Positions 45,738 through 53,177 of a stretch of DNA of 64,000 nucleotides are shown piece after piece. The stretch spans positions 1,582 through 65,581 of the forward strand of contig CAMCSM010000004.1 of assembly GCA_945877805.1 (NCBI GenBank). Reading direction: 5' to 3'. Numbering within the stretch: position 1 is the stretch's first letter; each line of letters opens with the position of its first letter. The stretch comes from Methylacidiphilum caldifontis. GTDB taxonomy: Bacteria > Verrucomicrobiota > Verrucomicrobiia > Methylacidiphilales > CAMAQI01. The translations under genes and the position numbers were made by a program. The notes beneath the pieces were generated by a model that was given only the letters and a program-made list of their open reading frames with translations, made no database searches and was not told where the DNA came from.

Positions 45738-45972
45738 ATTAAAAGGAGTCTCACATCAAGACGCTAAAACACAAAGTTCGATTTAAAACTCTCTGCGTCT
45801 CAGCGGCTCCGCGCGAGGCACTCCTCTGTATTTTTTATCATTTTCTTAAGTTTACGCCTATGGGTATTTGCGGGACGGCTCTCCCCTGTTTTGAATGGCT
45901 TTAAATCCGTGTTTATCCGTGGTTAAAAATGCCTTTAAATTCGTGCTCATTCGTGTCCATTGGTGGTTAAAA
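45738..45972. repeat. Run of repeat modules (B in reverse, D, and cacggat/attcgtg words)
   Basis: attaaaaggagtctcaca... (as at 37463-37509), ctctctgcgtctcagcggctccgcgcgaggcactcctctg, and aaatccgtgtttatccgtggttaaaaatgcctttaaattcgtgctcattcgtgtccattggtggttaaaaat. Confidence 0.75.
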
Positions 45973-46048
45973 ATCGTTTTAAATTGTGTTGATCTGCGGT
46001 AATTCACTTTTTCAGGAGATTTGACGAAGGACAAAGGAGCGATAGGGT

Positions 46049-46294
46049 GTGCCGATGAAACTTCAGCAAGATCAGCTCTACAAAAAGGGCGAGGAATATA
46101 TTCGCATCGTTAAACTCGAGCGTTTAATCGTCGATTATAAAATTATTAAAGACCTCCAAACCCGAGATGGAATTCATCTCCGGATTAAGAAAAAAGAGTT
46201 TTGCCGTTTTATTAAAGAGGCTATTTTAGTCACTCCCGAGGAACAAAAAGCGATTCTTAAAAGCTTTCCCGAACATCCTGGAGAAACATTTTAA
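46049..46294 (+). CDS. Hypothetical small protein
   Basis: AAGGAG lies 9 nt upstream of the GTG at 46049, and an ATG follows at 46055. Lys-rich, 79-81 aa. No family recognised. Confidence 0.5.
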   Translation: MPMKLQQDQLYKKGEEYIRIVKLERLIVDYKIIKDLQTRDGIHLRIKKKEFCRFIKEAILVTPEEQKAILKSFPEHPGETF

Positions 46295-46341
46295 TCCGAT
46301 CATTAACCTCAAAAGAGAAACCTCTAAAAATAAAGAACCTT

Positions 46342-47505
46342 ATGAATTCGGAATGGAAACCCCCTGAAATCCCTAAGAACGAATCAAGCTCCTCTTCCTC
46401 TGGAACTCCTGATGGTCGAGCCGTTCAACCCCCTCACGGCCTCAGCTCCTATTTGAATCCGACGATTGCCTTGATCGTCGGTGTCGCTTTGATTGTGATG
46501 ACGGTTCTTTATTTTTTTATCAACCAAGATCATTCCGGAAAAACGAGCGATTGGGCTCGTCATGGAAAGGCAAATGTCATCGCCTCCCTTGAGGAGCCAT
46601 TGCCTTGGTGGAGCTCTTTTGGGAAACCGGATGCAGCAAAGATTAAGAAATTAGTCGAAAAAAATGGGATCAAGGTTCGTAAGTTGATCGCAGTTGGAAA
46701 AGAAAAGAGTGAAGAGGGGGTTCTCTGGACTTACCAGATTCAAATTCGGGTCAATCAAACCTTGATCCAACCGCAAATGGAGCCGTTCGATACTCAAAGC
46801 GATCTGAAGTTTATCTCCTCGCAGTTAAAGTTGAATGAGAAATTGCCAACGGGGATGGTTTTTACCAGTCAGCCCAAATCCTCGATGCCCAAGGATGAGA
46901 TTGTCATCATGGAGTATAAAATTTTAGTTTCAGAAGAGGAGACCTTGATTTCGGAAAATCCATTTGATCTTTTTCTCACTCAAGAGGAGTGGAAAAGTGG
47001 GATGGAGCGTCAAAGTCAACGGATCACTTCTCTCAACGCGCAAGCCGAACTTATTAAACTCGATGCCAAAAAATGGGGAGAGGCTGAGCTTGCGAAAGTT
47101 CCCTATCCTTCAAAGCCAAATATGTCGGCAGAAAAATGGCGTGGAAATGCTGGAACCGGAGAGCCAACGAAATCGGTGACACGCGTTGGAAGCGGCGCCG
47201 CATTAGGGGCAGGGATCGGAGCACTCGCGGGAAAGACTGAGGGGGGGCTTATTGGAGCCTTAGCAGGAGCCGTAGCGGGAGGGGTTTATGATGCGGTTTC
47301 GAAGTCGACCGATCGTAAAAAGTTTGAAGCAGAGGAGAAATCGAGAGTTTCGGCAAATCGTCGCGAATATGAAAATGAGGTTTCTCTTTATAACCGTCGG
47401 AAAAAAGAGGTCGAGACAGCAACCGCTGAATACTATCGAACAAAATTACTCCAGCTTGTTCAAACCCCTCTTTCTGATTCTGCCGTAGAATTTCCCTTAA
47501 AGTAG
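46342..47505 (+). CDS. Hypothetical bitopic membrane protein with a glycine-zipper segment
   Basis: Ser-rich N-terminus, TM helix (IALIVGVALIVMTVLYFFI), a domain of about 200 aa, then GSGAALGAGIGALAGKTEGGLIGALAGAVAGGVYD (glycine-zipper-like) and a charged tail. Confidence 0.6.
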   Translation: MNSEWKPPEIPKNESSSSSSGTPDGRAVQPPHGLSSYLNPTIALIVGVALIVMTVLYFFINQDHSGKTSDWARHGKANVIASLEEPLPWWSSFGKPDAAKIKKLVEKNGIKVRKLIAVGKEKSEEGVLWTYQIQIRVNQTLIQPQMEPFDTQSDLKFISSQLKLNEKLPTGMVFTSQPKSSMPKDEIVIMEYKILVSEEETLISENPFDLFLTQEEWKSGMERQSQRITSLNAQAELIKLDAKKWGEAELAKVPYPSKPNMSAEKWRGNAGTGEPTKSVTRVGSGAALGAGIGALAGKTEGGLIGALAGAVAGGVYDAVSKSTDRKKFEAEEKSRVSANRREYENEVSLYNRRKKEVETATAEYYRTKLLQLVQTPLSDSAVEFPLK

Positions 47506-47515
47506 ATTCCGTTCT

Positions 47516-48586
47516 ATGACCGAAAAATACGACGTTATTGTGGTAGGGGCTGGCCCTGCGGGATCGATGGCGTCGTTGATTCTGGCGCGTGCAGGAAAAA
47601 AAGTGCTCCTTCTCGATAAAGCCAGTTTTCCTCGTCATAAAGTTTGCGGAGACTGCTTAAATCCGAGAATTTGGGCTCTCTGGAAGAAATACGGTTTAGT
47701 CGATTCCTTTAAAACCCTCCCTCAAACGGCCCTTGAGGGGCTGCGAATTGAGCACGATCAAGAGACGCTGCTTCGCCGTAATTTTGAGAGCCTCAAAGAA
47801 TCGTACATCTCGATCGATCGCGAGATCTTTGATGCTTGGCTCGTACAAGAGGCGATTAAATCGGGAGTCGTATTCATTCATGAGACCCGTGTTCAGACCG
47901 TTCACTTCTCCGGAAAAGTCGAGACCTCAGCCGGAGATTTTCAAGGGGATTGGATTTTAGGGGCTGATGGACGTAATTCAGTGGTCTCCCGTAATGCAGG
48001 ATTGATGGCTCCCCTTCAAAACTGCTGTCGTGTTGGATGGCAAGCCCATCTGGAACTTGAAAATTTAGATTCCGATCTTCATCTCCGATTTTTTAGTGAG
48101 GGCTATAGTGGGTTGAGTCGGATTCATGATCAAAAAGCAAATCTTTGGATGGTTCTCGATTCCAAGGTCTCTGGAATTCCTCAAAAAATTGCGAACCGCT
48201 ACTTTCCGAATCTTCCGGCTCTTGTTTGGCATAGTATCACCCCTGTTACTCGAAAGCCCTCAGTCTTGGGGAAGGGAAAGATCTGGTTGATTGGTGATGC
48301 GGCACGGGTTGTCGAACCGTTTACGGGAGAGGGGGTTTACTTCGCTCTGCTCAGTGCTGAATTGGCGGTTAAATCGATTTTAAATGTAAAGCGAGCCGAA
48401 GAGGTCTCTGGGGCTCTTTTGAACTACCAGAGAGAGCACGAGCTCCTCTGTCACTCCCAAATTCGCCCGGGGTTCATCCTTCGCTGGCTTCTCCGAAGCC
48501 CCGAAAGAGCCTATCGTTGGATCCCATTGCTTCGCTATTTTCCAGGGCCCGTCAGTCGAATCATCAATCGACTCATTGGAATTTAA
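47516..48586 (+). CDS. FAD-dependent oxidoreductase (geranylgeranyl-reductase-like family)
   Basis: YDVIVVGAGPAGSMASLILARAGKKVLLLDK dinucleotide-binding motif, HKVCGDCL, and a GDAARVVEPFTGEG C-terminal FAD motif. Confidence 0.8.
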   Translation: MTEKYDVIVVGAGPAGSMASLILARAGKKVLLLDKASFPRHKVCGDCLNPRIWALWKKYGLVDSFKTLPQTALEGLRIEHDQETLLRRNFESLKESYISIDREIFDAWLVQEAIKSGVVFIHETRVQTVHFSGKVETSAGDFQGDWILGADGRNSVVSRNAGLMAPLQNCCRVGWQAHLELENLDSDLHLRFFSEGYSGLSRIHDQKANLWMVLDSKVSGIPQKIANRYFPNLPALVWHSITPVTRKPSVLGKGKIWLIGDAARVVEPFTGEGVYFALLSAELAVKSILNVKRAEEVSGALLNYQREHELLCHSQIRPGFILRWLLRSPERAYRWIPLLRYFPGPVSRIINRLIGI

Positions 48587-48732
48587 TCACTTATTCTCGC
48601 TCCTCTCGGAAGCCGGGATAGCTGAATAGCTTGATAGCGAGTAAGCCGGATAGCTTAAATCCATTTAAAATGCAGGGGAAATTCTAATCCGCAGATGACG
48701 CAGATTTTCCTGCATTCCTTAAAGAAAAATGT

Positions 48733-48831
48733 CTTTTCCTTTGTGACTTCGTGTCTTCGTGTGAGACGGGTATTCAATGTCTTCAATCAGTGTAAATTAG
48801 CGAAAATTAGCGGTTCAAATTCTTTGCCTTT
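48733..48831 (+). repeat. Module B, 99 bp
   Basis: cttttcctttgtgacttcgtgtcttcgtgtgagacgggtattcaatgtcttcaatcagtgtaaattagcgaaaattagcggttcaaattctttgccttt. It is 92/99 identical to 54450-54548. The first half is shared with 37808-37857. Confidence 0.88.
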
Positions 48832-48838
48832 TTCTCTT

Positions 48839-50122
48839 TTAGAATAGCGAATTCATGAAATTAAAGAGGGGATTTCGAATGCTATTCCAAACATTGTGGG
48901 CATAAGGGAGGATCGCAATCGCAATCCCTGTCATCAGAACATTCGCCAGAGCCACGGGAAGAAAGACCTTCCAGCCGATATTCATCAATTGATCGTAACG
49001 AAAACGGGGAACCGTCCAACGAATCCAGATAAAGAAGAAAAGGAAGGCAAAAAGTTTCGCAAGAAAGACTCCCACTTGAACCGGGATGAACCACCACGGA
49101 TGATTCTGACCAGCGAACCAATCGACCAAGAGGCTAAACCAAGCGGGGGTTTCGAGTTGACAAAAGCTTAAGAAATTTTGAATAAATCCAAGCGGAAGAC
49201 TCCATCCTCCGAAGAAAAGGGTGACCATCACTCCCGAGGTGACGATCATCGCTGCATACTCCCCAAGGAAGAATAAGGCAAATTTCATCGAGGAGTATTC
49301 GGTATGATAACCCCCAATCAGCTCCGTTTCGCTCTCAGGAAGATCAAAGGGGGCGCGATTCGTTTCGGCAAAGGAGGAGATCAAAAAGATCACGAAGGAG
49401 AGAAGCATGAAGGGGAGAAGAAAGAAACTATCGAAGCACCAATTCGCAGACATGAACGGGAAAACGATCCATCCATGCAGAATCTGCTGCGTAATGATTT
49501 GGGAGAAATTTAAGGTCCCGAGAACCATGAAAAGAGGAATAATGGAGAGCCCCATCGAGATTTCGTAGGAGATCATTTGCGCACTAGAGCGGATCCCTCC
49601 GAGGAACGGATACTTGGAGTTTGAGGACCATCCAGCTAAAACGATTCCGTAAACCGAGAGCGAGGCAAAGGCGAAAACGAAAAGGACACCGATATCGATA
49701 TCGGCAATCACCCCGGGGGAGGGGATCGTCAGATTCAAGAACGGAATATAAATATCCTGAATACTCGCGAAGGGAATTACCGCGAGGGTGATCAAAGCGG
49801 GGCAAACGGCAAGGGCCGGAGCAATCGTAAAGTAGAGTTTGTTGACGTGACCAGGAGTAAACTCCTCCTTGAAGATGAACTTGGCGCTATCACAAATCGG
49901 CTGAAGCAGTCCAAAAGGGCCGACCCGGTTCGGCCCGACTCGATCTTGGATGAGTGCGCTCACCCGTCTTTCCGCCATTACGGTATAAGAGACAATTCCC
50001 AGAACAACCCCGATGACGGCAGCGGTTTTGAGAATCGAACTCACGACGAAAATCGTCGGATCAAATTGAGCGAGTAAACCGATAAATGAGAAAAGGCCTA
50101 GGTCCATACAAGAGACATTCAA
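48839..50122 (-). CDS. nuoH: NADH-quinone oxidoreductase subunit H (ND1 homologue)
   Basis: AERRVSALIQDRVGPNRVGPFGLLQPICDSAKFIFKEEF and ETNRAPFDLPESETELIGGYHTEYS are NuoH signatures. TTG start at 50122 (AAGGGGG upstream), or ATG at 50107. Confidence 0.88.
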   Translation of the reverse strand: MNVSCMDLGLFSFIGLLAQFDPTIFVVSSILKTAAVIGVVLGIVSYTVMAERRVSALIQDRVGPNRVGPFGLLQPICDSAKFIFKEEFTPGHVNKLYFTIAPALAVCPALITLAVIPFASIQDIYIPFLNLTIPSPGVIADIDIGVLFVFAFASLSVYGIVLAGWSSNSKYPFLGGIRSSAQMISYEISMGLSIIPLFMVLGTLNFSQIITQQILHGWIVFPFMSANWCFDSFFLLPFMLLSFVIFLISSFAETNRAPFDLPESETELIGGYHTEYSSMKFALFFLGEYAAMIVTSGVMVTLFFGGWSLPLGFIQNFLSFCQLETPAWFSLLVDWFAGQNHPWWFIPVQVGVFLAKLFAFLFFFIWIRWTVPRFRYDQLMNIGWKVFLPVALANVLMTGIAIAILPYAHNVWNSIRNPLFNFMNSLF

Positions 50123-50200
50123 AAGAACCCCCTTGAAAAAACAACATAAAAACTAAAAAAGATTTACGAGGAGGATTCCTTTGCTAGACCCTCCTTTGTT

Positions 50201-50617
50201 GTGAAGTCTCGTTCTTTTCATTTTGGAGTGGTGATTAGTGAATATCACCGTGAATATACCGAACCGATGTTAGATTCGGTTCAGGAGGTCCTCTCTGCCT
50301 ACGATCTCACTGTGGTTTGGGTTCCCGGGGCTTTCGAAATCCCTTTACAAGTCCAGCGACTAGCCGAATCCGGGCATTACGACGCCGTGATCGCCTTAGG
50401 ATTGATCTGGCAAGGGGCAACGCTTCATAATACCGAGATTTTAAGAGCCGTGACCGATTCGTTGATGCGGATTGGCTTAGATTGTGATCTTCCCGTGATT
50501 CACGAGGTGCTTTCCGTGAAAACAGCCAAACAGGCTCGTGAGCGGTGCCAAGGAAAAATGAATCGAGGCCGCGAAGCGGCTTTAGCCGCCCTTTCAGTGG
50601 CCCGATTGAAAGGGTAA
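50201..50617 (+). CDS. ribH: 6,7-dimethyl-8-ribityllumazine synthase
   Basis: FGVVISEYHREYTEPML, VPGAFEIPL and ALGLIWQGAT.HNTEI fit RibH. GTG start. Confidence 0.8.
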   Translation: MKSRSFHFGVVISEYHREYTEPMLDSVQEVLSAYDLTVVWVPGAFEIPLQVQRLAESGHYDAVIALGLIWQGATLHNTEILRAVTDSLMRIGLDCDLPVIHEVLSVKTAKQARERCQGKMNRGREAALAALSVARLKG

Positions 50618-50629
50618 TGAGGGAATTTT

Positions 50630-51064
50630 ATGGGAATGCGTCGCGATGCTCGAGAGAAGGTAGTTCAATTTCTGTATTATAAGGAGTCAGTTCCGAGTTA
50701 TACCTTGGAGGCTGCTTTGAACTTTTTTTGGCAATCCCAAGAGGTACGTCAGGATGTCTTTAAATTTGCCTCACGTCTGATTCAAGGAGTCTTGGAAAAA
50801 CAAAAAGAGATCGATCTTAAAATCGAACCGATCTCCAAGCATTGGGACTTTGATCGTATCGCTCCGATTGATCGCAATATCCTACGCCTAGCCTTCTATG
50901 AAATGCTCTTTTGCGACGATATCCCCCCTGTGGTGACCATCAATGAGGCGATCGAAATTGCGAAGAAATTCAGCACCGAAGAATCGGGAAAATTTGTCAA
51001 TGGATTCCTCGATGTTCTCCGCAAAGACCTCCCTCGTCCTGCCCGCCAATCGGCAGGCAAGTAA
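50630..51064 (+). CDS. nusB: Transcription antitermination factor NusB
   Basis: RRDAREKVVQFLY, DRIAPIDRNILRLAFYEM, PPVVTINEAIEIAKKF and KFVNGFLD. The ribH-nusB pairing is conserved. Confidence 0.88.
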   Translation: MGMRRDAREKVVQFLYYKESVPSYTLEAALNFFWQSQEVRQDVFKFASRLIQGVLEKQKEIDLKIEPISKHWDFDRIAPIDRNILRLAFYEMLFCDDIPPVVTINEAIEIAKKFSTEESGKFVNGFLDVLRKDLPRPARQSAGK

Positions 51065-51103
51065 GAGATCGGGAGTAAAGAGGAATCAATTTAAAGGCAT
51101 TTT

Positions 51104-51366
51104 TCTCACACGAAGCCGCTAAGGACACGAAGTGGAAAATTGCAACGACACACTGAGGTGATTCACTCTGTTTCCTCCTGCGTCGGAAAACACCTTCTGA
51201 GAATCTCTCCCGTTTCTTTGAAAAAAGGATTTTCAAAAACGATCGATCTTCTCCTCAGGGGCTCGGCTTCGCCTCTCCTGGAATCAACCTCGGGGTCTCC
51301 TTGTCTAATTCATAAAAAAAGGGGAAGGAGGTATTTAACTTCGTGTCGTTGTGCCTTCGCGTGAGA
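51104..51366. repeat. Inverted pair of B-type words flanking about 200 bp
   Basis: tctcacacgaagccgctaaggacacgaagt (51104-51133) against acttcgtgtcgttgtgccttcgcgtgaga (51338-51366). About 22/30 positions are complementary. Confidence 0.6.
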
Positions 51367-51489
51367 TAATGTTTTTAGGATACTGTTTGTTAAGTTGACG
51401 CCTATGCGCACCAGCGGAAGAAGAGGTTGCATCCCCGAAAAAGGATCAGTGCAGATCAGTGAAGATAAGCGGTTAAAAATGACTCTAAA

Positions 51490-51545
51490 AACTTGGCGAA
51501 TTTTGAATTTAACTTGGCGGTTAAGCCTCTCTTTCTCTGCGTCTG
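51490..51545 (+). repeat. Modules A' and D (truncated)
   Basis: aacttggcgaattttgaatttaacttggcggttaag is 33/36 identical to 37721-37756. It is followed by cctctctttctctgcgtctg. Confidence 0.85.
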
Positions 51546-51579
51546 AAATACCTTCTCTTGACGAATCTAGTTTTAAATT

Positions 51580-51641
51580 TGCTCTCGGAGTGACTCGAAC
51601 ACTCGACCCACCCCGAAAGAATTCGGGGTTGCTCTTTCCTA
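51580..51641 (-). pseudogene. tRNA-Arg-derived 3' fragment (part of the D arm, an altered anticodon arm, T arm, acceptor 3' strand)
   Basis: 51581-51610 is identical (30/30) to 51914-51943 of the intact tRNA. Similarity resumes at agagcaac on the far side of a replaced anticodon arm (accccgaattctttcggggt, 20 nt instead of 17). There is no 5' acceptor strand or D-stem 5' half. Confidence 0.75.
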
Positions 51642-51943
51642 ATCTTTCTTTTCCAGATAATATTGAATCAACTTGGGATTCTTTTTTGCTTTTAAATATC
51701 GCTCTAAATCTCTCGCTTCTTTAAGGTTTTTACATTCACGAGTAACAACCACAGACAATGGCCGTCCAATCCGTTTACTACTTGGACACGATCCATGTTG
51801 GTGATGGTCGAGACGACGTTGAAAATTATCAGTCGATCCTAAATAGTGTCGCCCTGTTGTCCCTTGAAGTAAATAAACGCAAATCACCTCAATCCTTTTC
51901 TTTTTTAAAATCTGCTCTCGGAGTGACTCGAACACTCGACCCA
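51581..51943 (-). mobile_element. Candidate GIY-YIG cassette bounded by 30-bp direct repeats derived from the tRNA 3' end
   Basis: The direct repeats gctctcggagtgactcgaacactcgaccca at 51581-51610 and 51914-51943 bracket the GIY-YIG ORF. No integrase or transposase is present. Confidence 0.4.
51639..51887 (-). CDS. GIY-YIG nuclease-superfamily small protein
   Basis: (V)ICVYLLQGTTGRHYLGSTDNFQRRLDHHQHG... is the GIY-YIG/URI core pattern. I chose the GTG at 51887 because AAGGA lies 5 nt upstream. The track's longer frame (to 51944) would begin inside the tRNA. Confidence 0.75.
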   Translation of the reverse strand: MICVYLLQGTTGRHYLGSTDNFQRRLDHHQHGSCPSSKRIGRPLSVVVTRECKNLKEARDLERYLKAKKNPKLIQYYLEKKD

Positions 51944-51986
51944 CGGATTAGAAATCCGTTGCTCTATCCAGCTGAGCTACGAGAGC
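51913..51986 (-). tRNA. tRNA-Arg (anticodon UCU)
   Basis: Manual cloverleaf: GCTCTCG-TA-GCTC-AGCTGGATA-GAGC-A-ACGGA-TTTCTAA-TCCGT-GGGTC-GAGTG-TTCGAGT-CACTC-CGAGAGC-A. All four stems are fully paired and CCA is not encoded. Confidence 0.93.
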
Positions 51987-52161
51987 TAATGATTGAATTT
52001 ACAATTAACAGATCCAAACCAGCAACGAAAGAAAAAAGAAAAGAGGGTTCAGCACAAACGTTGGTCAATTGAGGACTAAATAAAGCGGAGTTATTTACTT
52101 TTGAAAAATCTCTCGTGAAAGACCACTTTGACGAATCTCTTTTCCTGAAAAAACTCCCAAC

Positions 52162-52386
52162 TTAGGCATGAACTGCCTCAAAACGAGTGATAAAGACTTC
52201 TCCGTGGAGTCTTTGTTTAATCTCCTCCTTCGAGGCACATTCCAAAAAGAGTTCGACCGCTTCTTTTAAATTAGCGAGCGATTCCTCGACGCTTTCCCCC
52301 TGACTCGCCACGTCGAGCTCAGGACAAAGGGAGACATAGCCGTTATCCTCTTTTTCCAAAATGGCAGTGAATTGTGATTTGCTCAT
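52162..52386 (-). CDS. HicB-like antitoxin-fold protein (UPF0150-type)
   Basis: MSKSQFTAILEKEDNGYVSLCPELDVASQGESVEESLANLKEAVELFLE matches the HicB N-terminal domain pattern. No DNA-binding C-terminal domain and no adjacent hicA. Confidence 0.65.
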   Translation of the reverse strand: MSKSQFTAILEKEDNGYVSLCPELDVASQGESVEESLANLKEAVELFLECASKEEIKQRLHGEVFITRFEAVHA

Positions 52387-52559
52387 ATCTGATTTTGATC
52401 CTTCAAGTAGCATAAGTCACCTCTAAAAATATTCAATTGATTTATGATCCTCCTGCGGACTAATCATTCGAACTCATTAGCTCTCAATTAAGTAAGGTGC
52501 GCAAGTTGCTTTTGTCGGTCTCGCCATTGTCCACGGGGCATGGTGGAATTATTCAACGA

Positions 52560-52580
52560 TATTGTCATTTTATGACAATA
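52560..52580. promoter_or_regulatory. 21-bp AT-rich palindrome (9-3-9), candidate operator upstream of sufT
   Basis: tattgtcat-ttt-atgacaata, 46 bp upstream of the sufT ATG. Confidence 0.45.
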
Positions 52581-52625
52581 ATTCAGATCTTGTCAGAGCG
52601 ATGAGGTTGAATTAGGATCGGGGGT

Positions 52626-53171
52626 ATGTCCTCTCAAGATCTTCCTATTACTTTAAAGCGTGATGTCTCTGCGATTCAAATCCCTGCGGGGGTCGAAAAA
52701 CTTTTACTTTCCGGATCCCAAGTCCAAATGATGCAATCGTTGGGGGGGACCTTCACGGTCGTTGCCTTAGGGGAGTCGGGGCTCTATCGAATTCGAGGGG
52801 AGGATGCGGAGGCGCTCGGATTGGCAAAGCCAACGGAGGGGACTCCTTCGATTGAAGGTGAGGTCAATGAGGATCAGATTTGGGAGAAATTGAAGGGCTG
52901 TTACGATCCTGAGATTCCGGTCAATATTGTCGATTTAGGTCTGATTTATAGCTTGGAGATTCAACCGGTAGAGCAAGGGAAAAGAGTGGAGGTCAAGATG
53001 ACCTTAACCGCTCAAGGGTGCGGGATGGGGCCCTCGATTGCCGCTGATGCTCGCGAGAAGATTTTGACCCTTCCGGGGGTTGTTGAGGCTGAGGTGGAGG
53101 TCGTTTGGCAACCGGTTTGGAATCCGGCGATGATCTCTGCAGAGGGAAAAAAACGTCTCGGAATGGCGTAA
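52626..53171 (+). CDS. sufT: SufT-like Fe-S assembly protein (long form, DUF59/MIP18 C-terminal domain)
   Basis: The C-terminal half, CYDPEIPVNIVDLGLIY...VKMTLTAQGCGMGP...PGV..AEVEVVWQPVWNP, is the DUF59 pattern. The 181-aa length with an N-terminal extension fits long-form SufT. Confidence 0.65.
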   Translation: MSSQDLPITLKRDVSAIQIPAGVEKLLLSGSQVQMMQSLGGTFTVVALGESGLYRIRGEDAEALGLAKPTEGTPSIEGEVNEDQIWEKLKGCYDPEIPVNIVDLGLIYSLEIQPVEQGKRVEVKMTLTAQGCGMGPSIAADAREKILTLPGVVEAEVEVVWQPVWNPAMISAEGKKRLGMA

Positions 53172-53177
53172 CTTTTT

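Noticed and set aside
50123-50200. FMN riboswitch upstream of ribH
   Set aside because: Only 78 nt separate the nuoH start from the ribH start, too short for the ~140-nt FMN aptamer. The only structure is a small aggagg/cctcct hairpin.
51758-52072. 104-aa plus-strand ORF across the tRNA locus, and the 51888..51944 extension of the GIY-YIG frame
   Set aside because: The plus-strand ORF is antisense to the tRNA and the GIY-YIG gene. The extension would start translation inside the tRNA T arm. The internal GTG at 51887 with an AAGGA RBS gives a typical GIY-YIG N-terminus.
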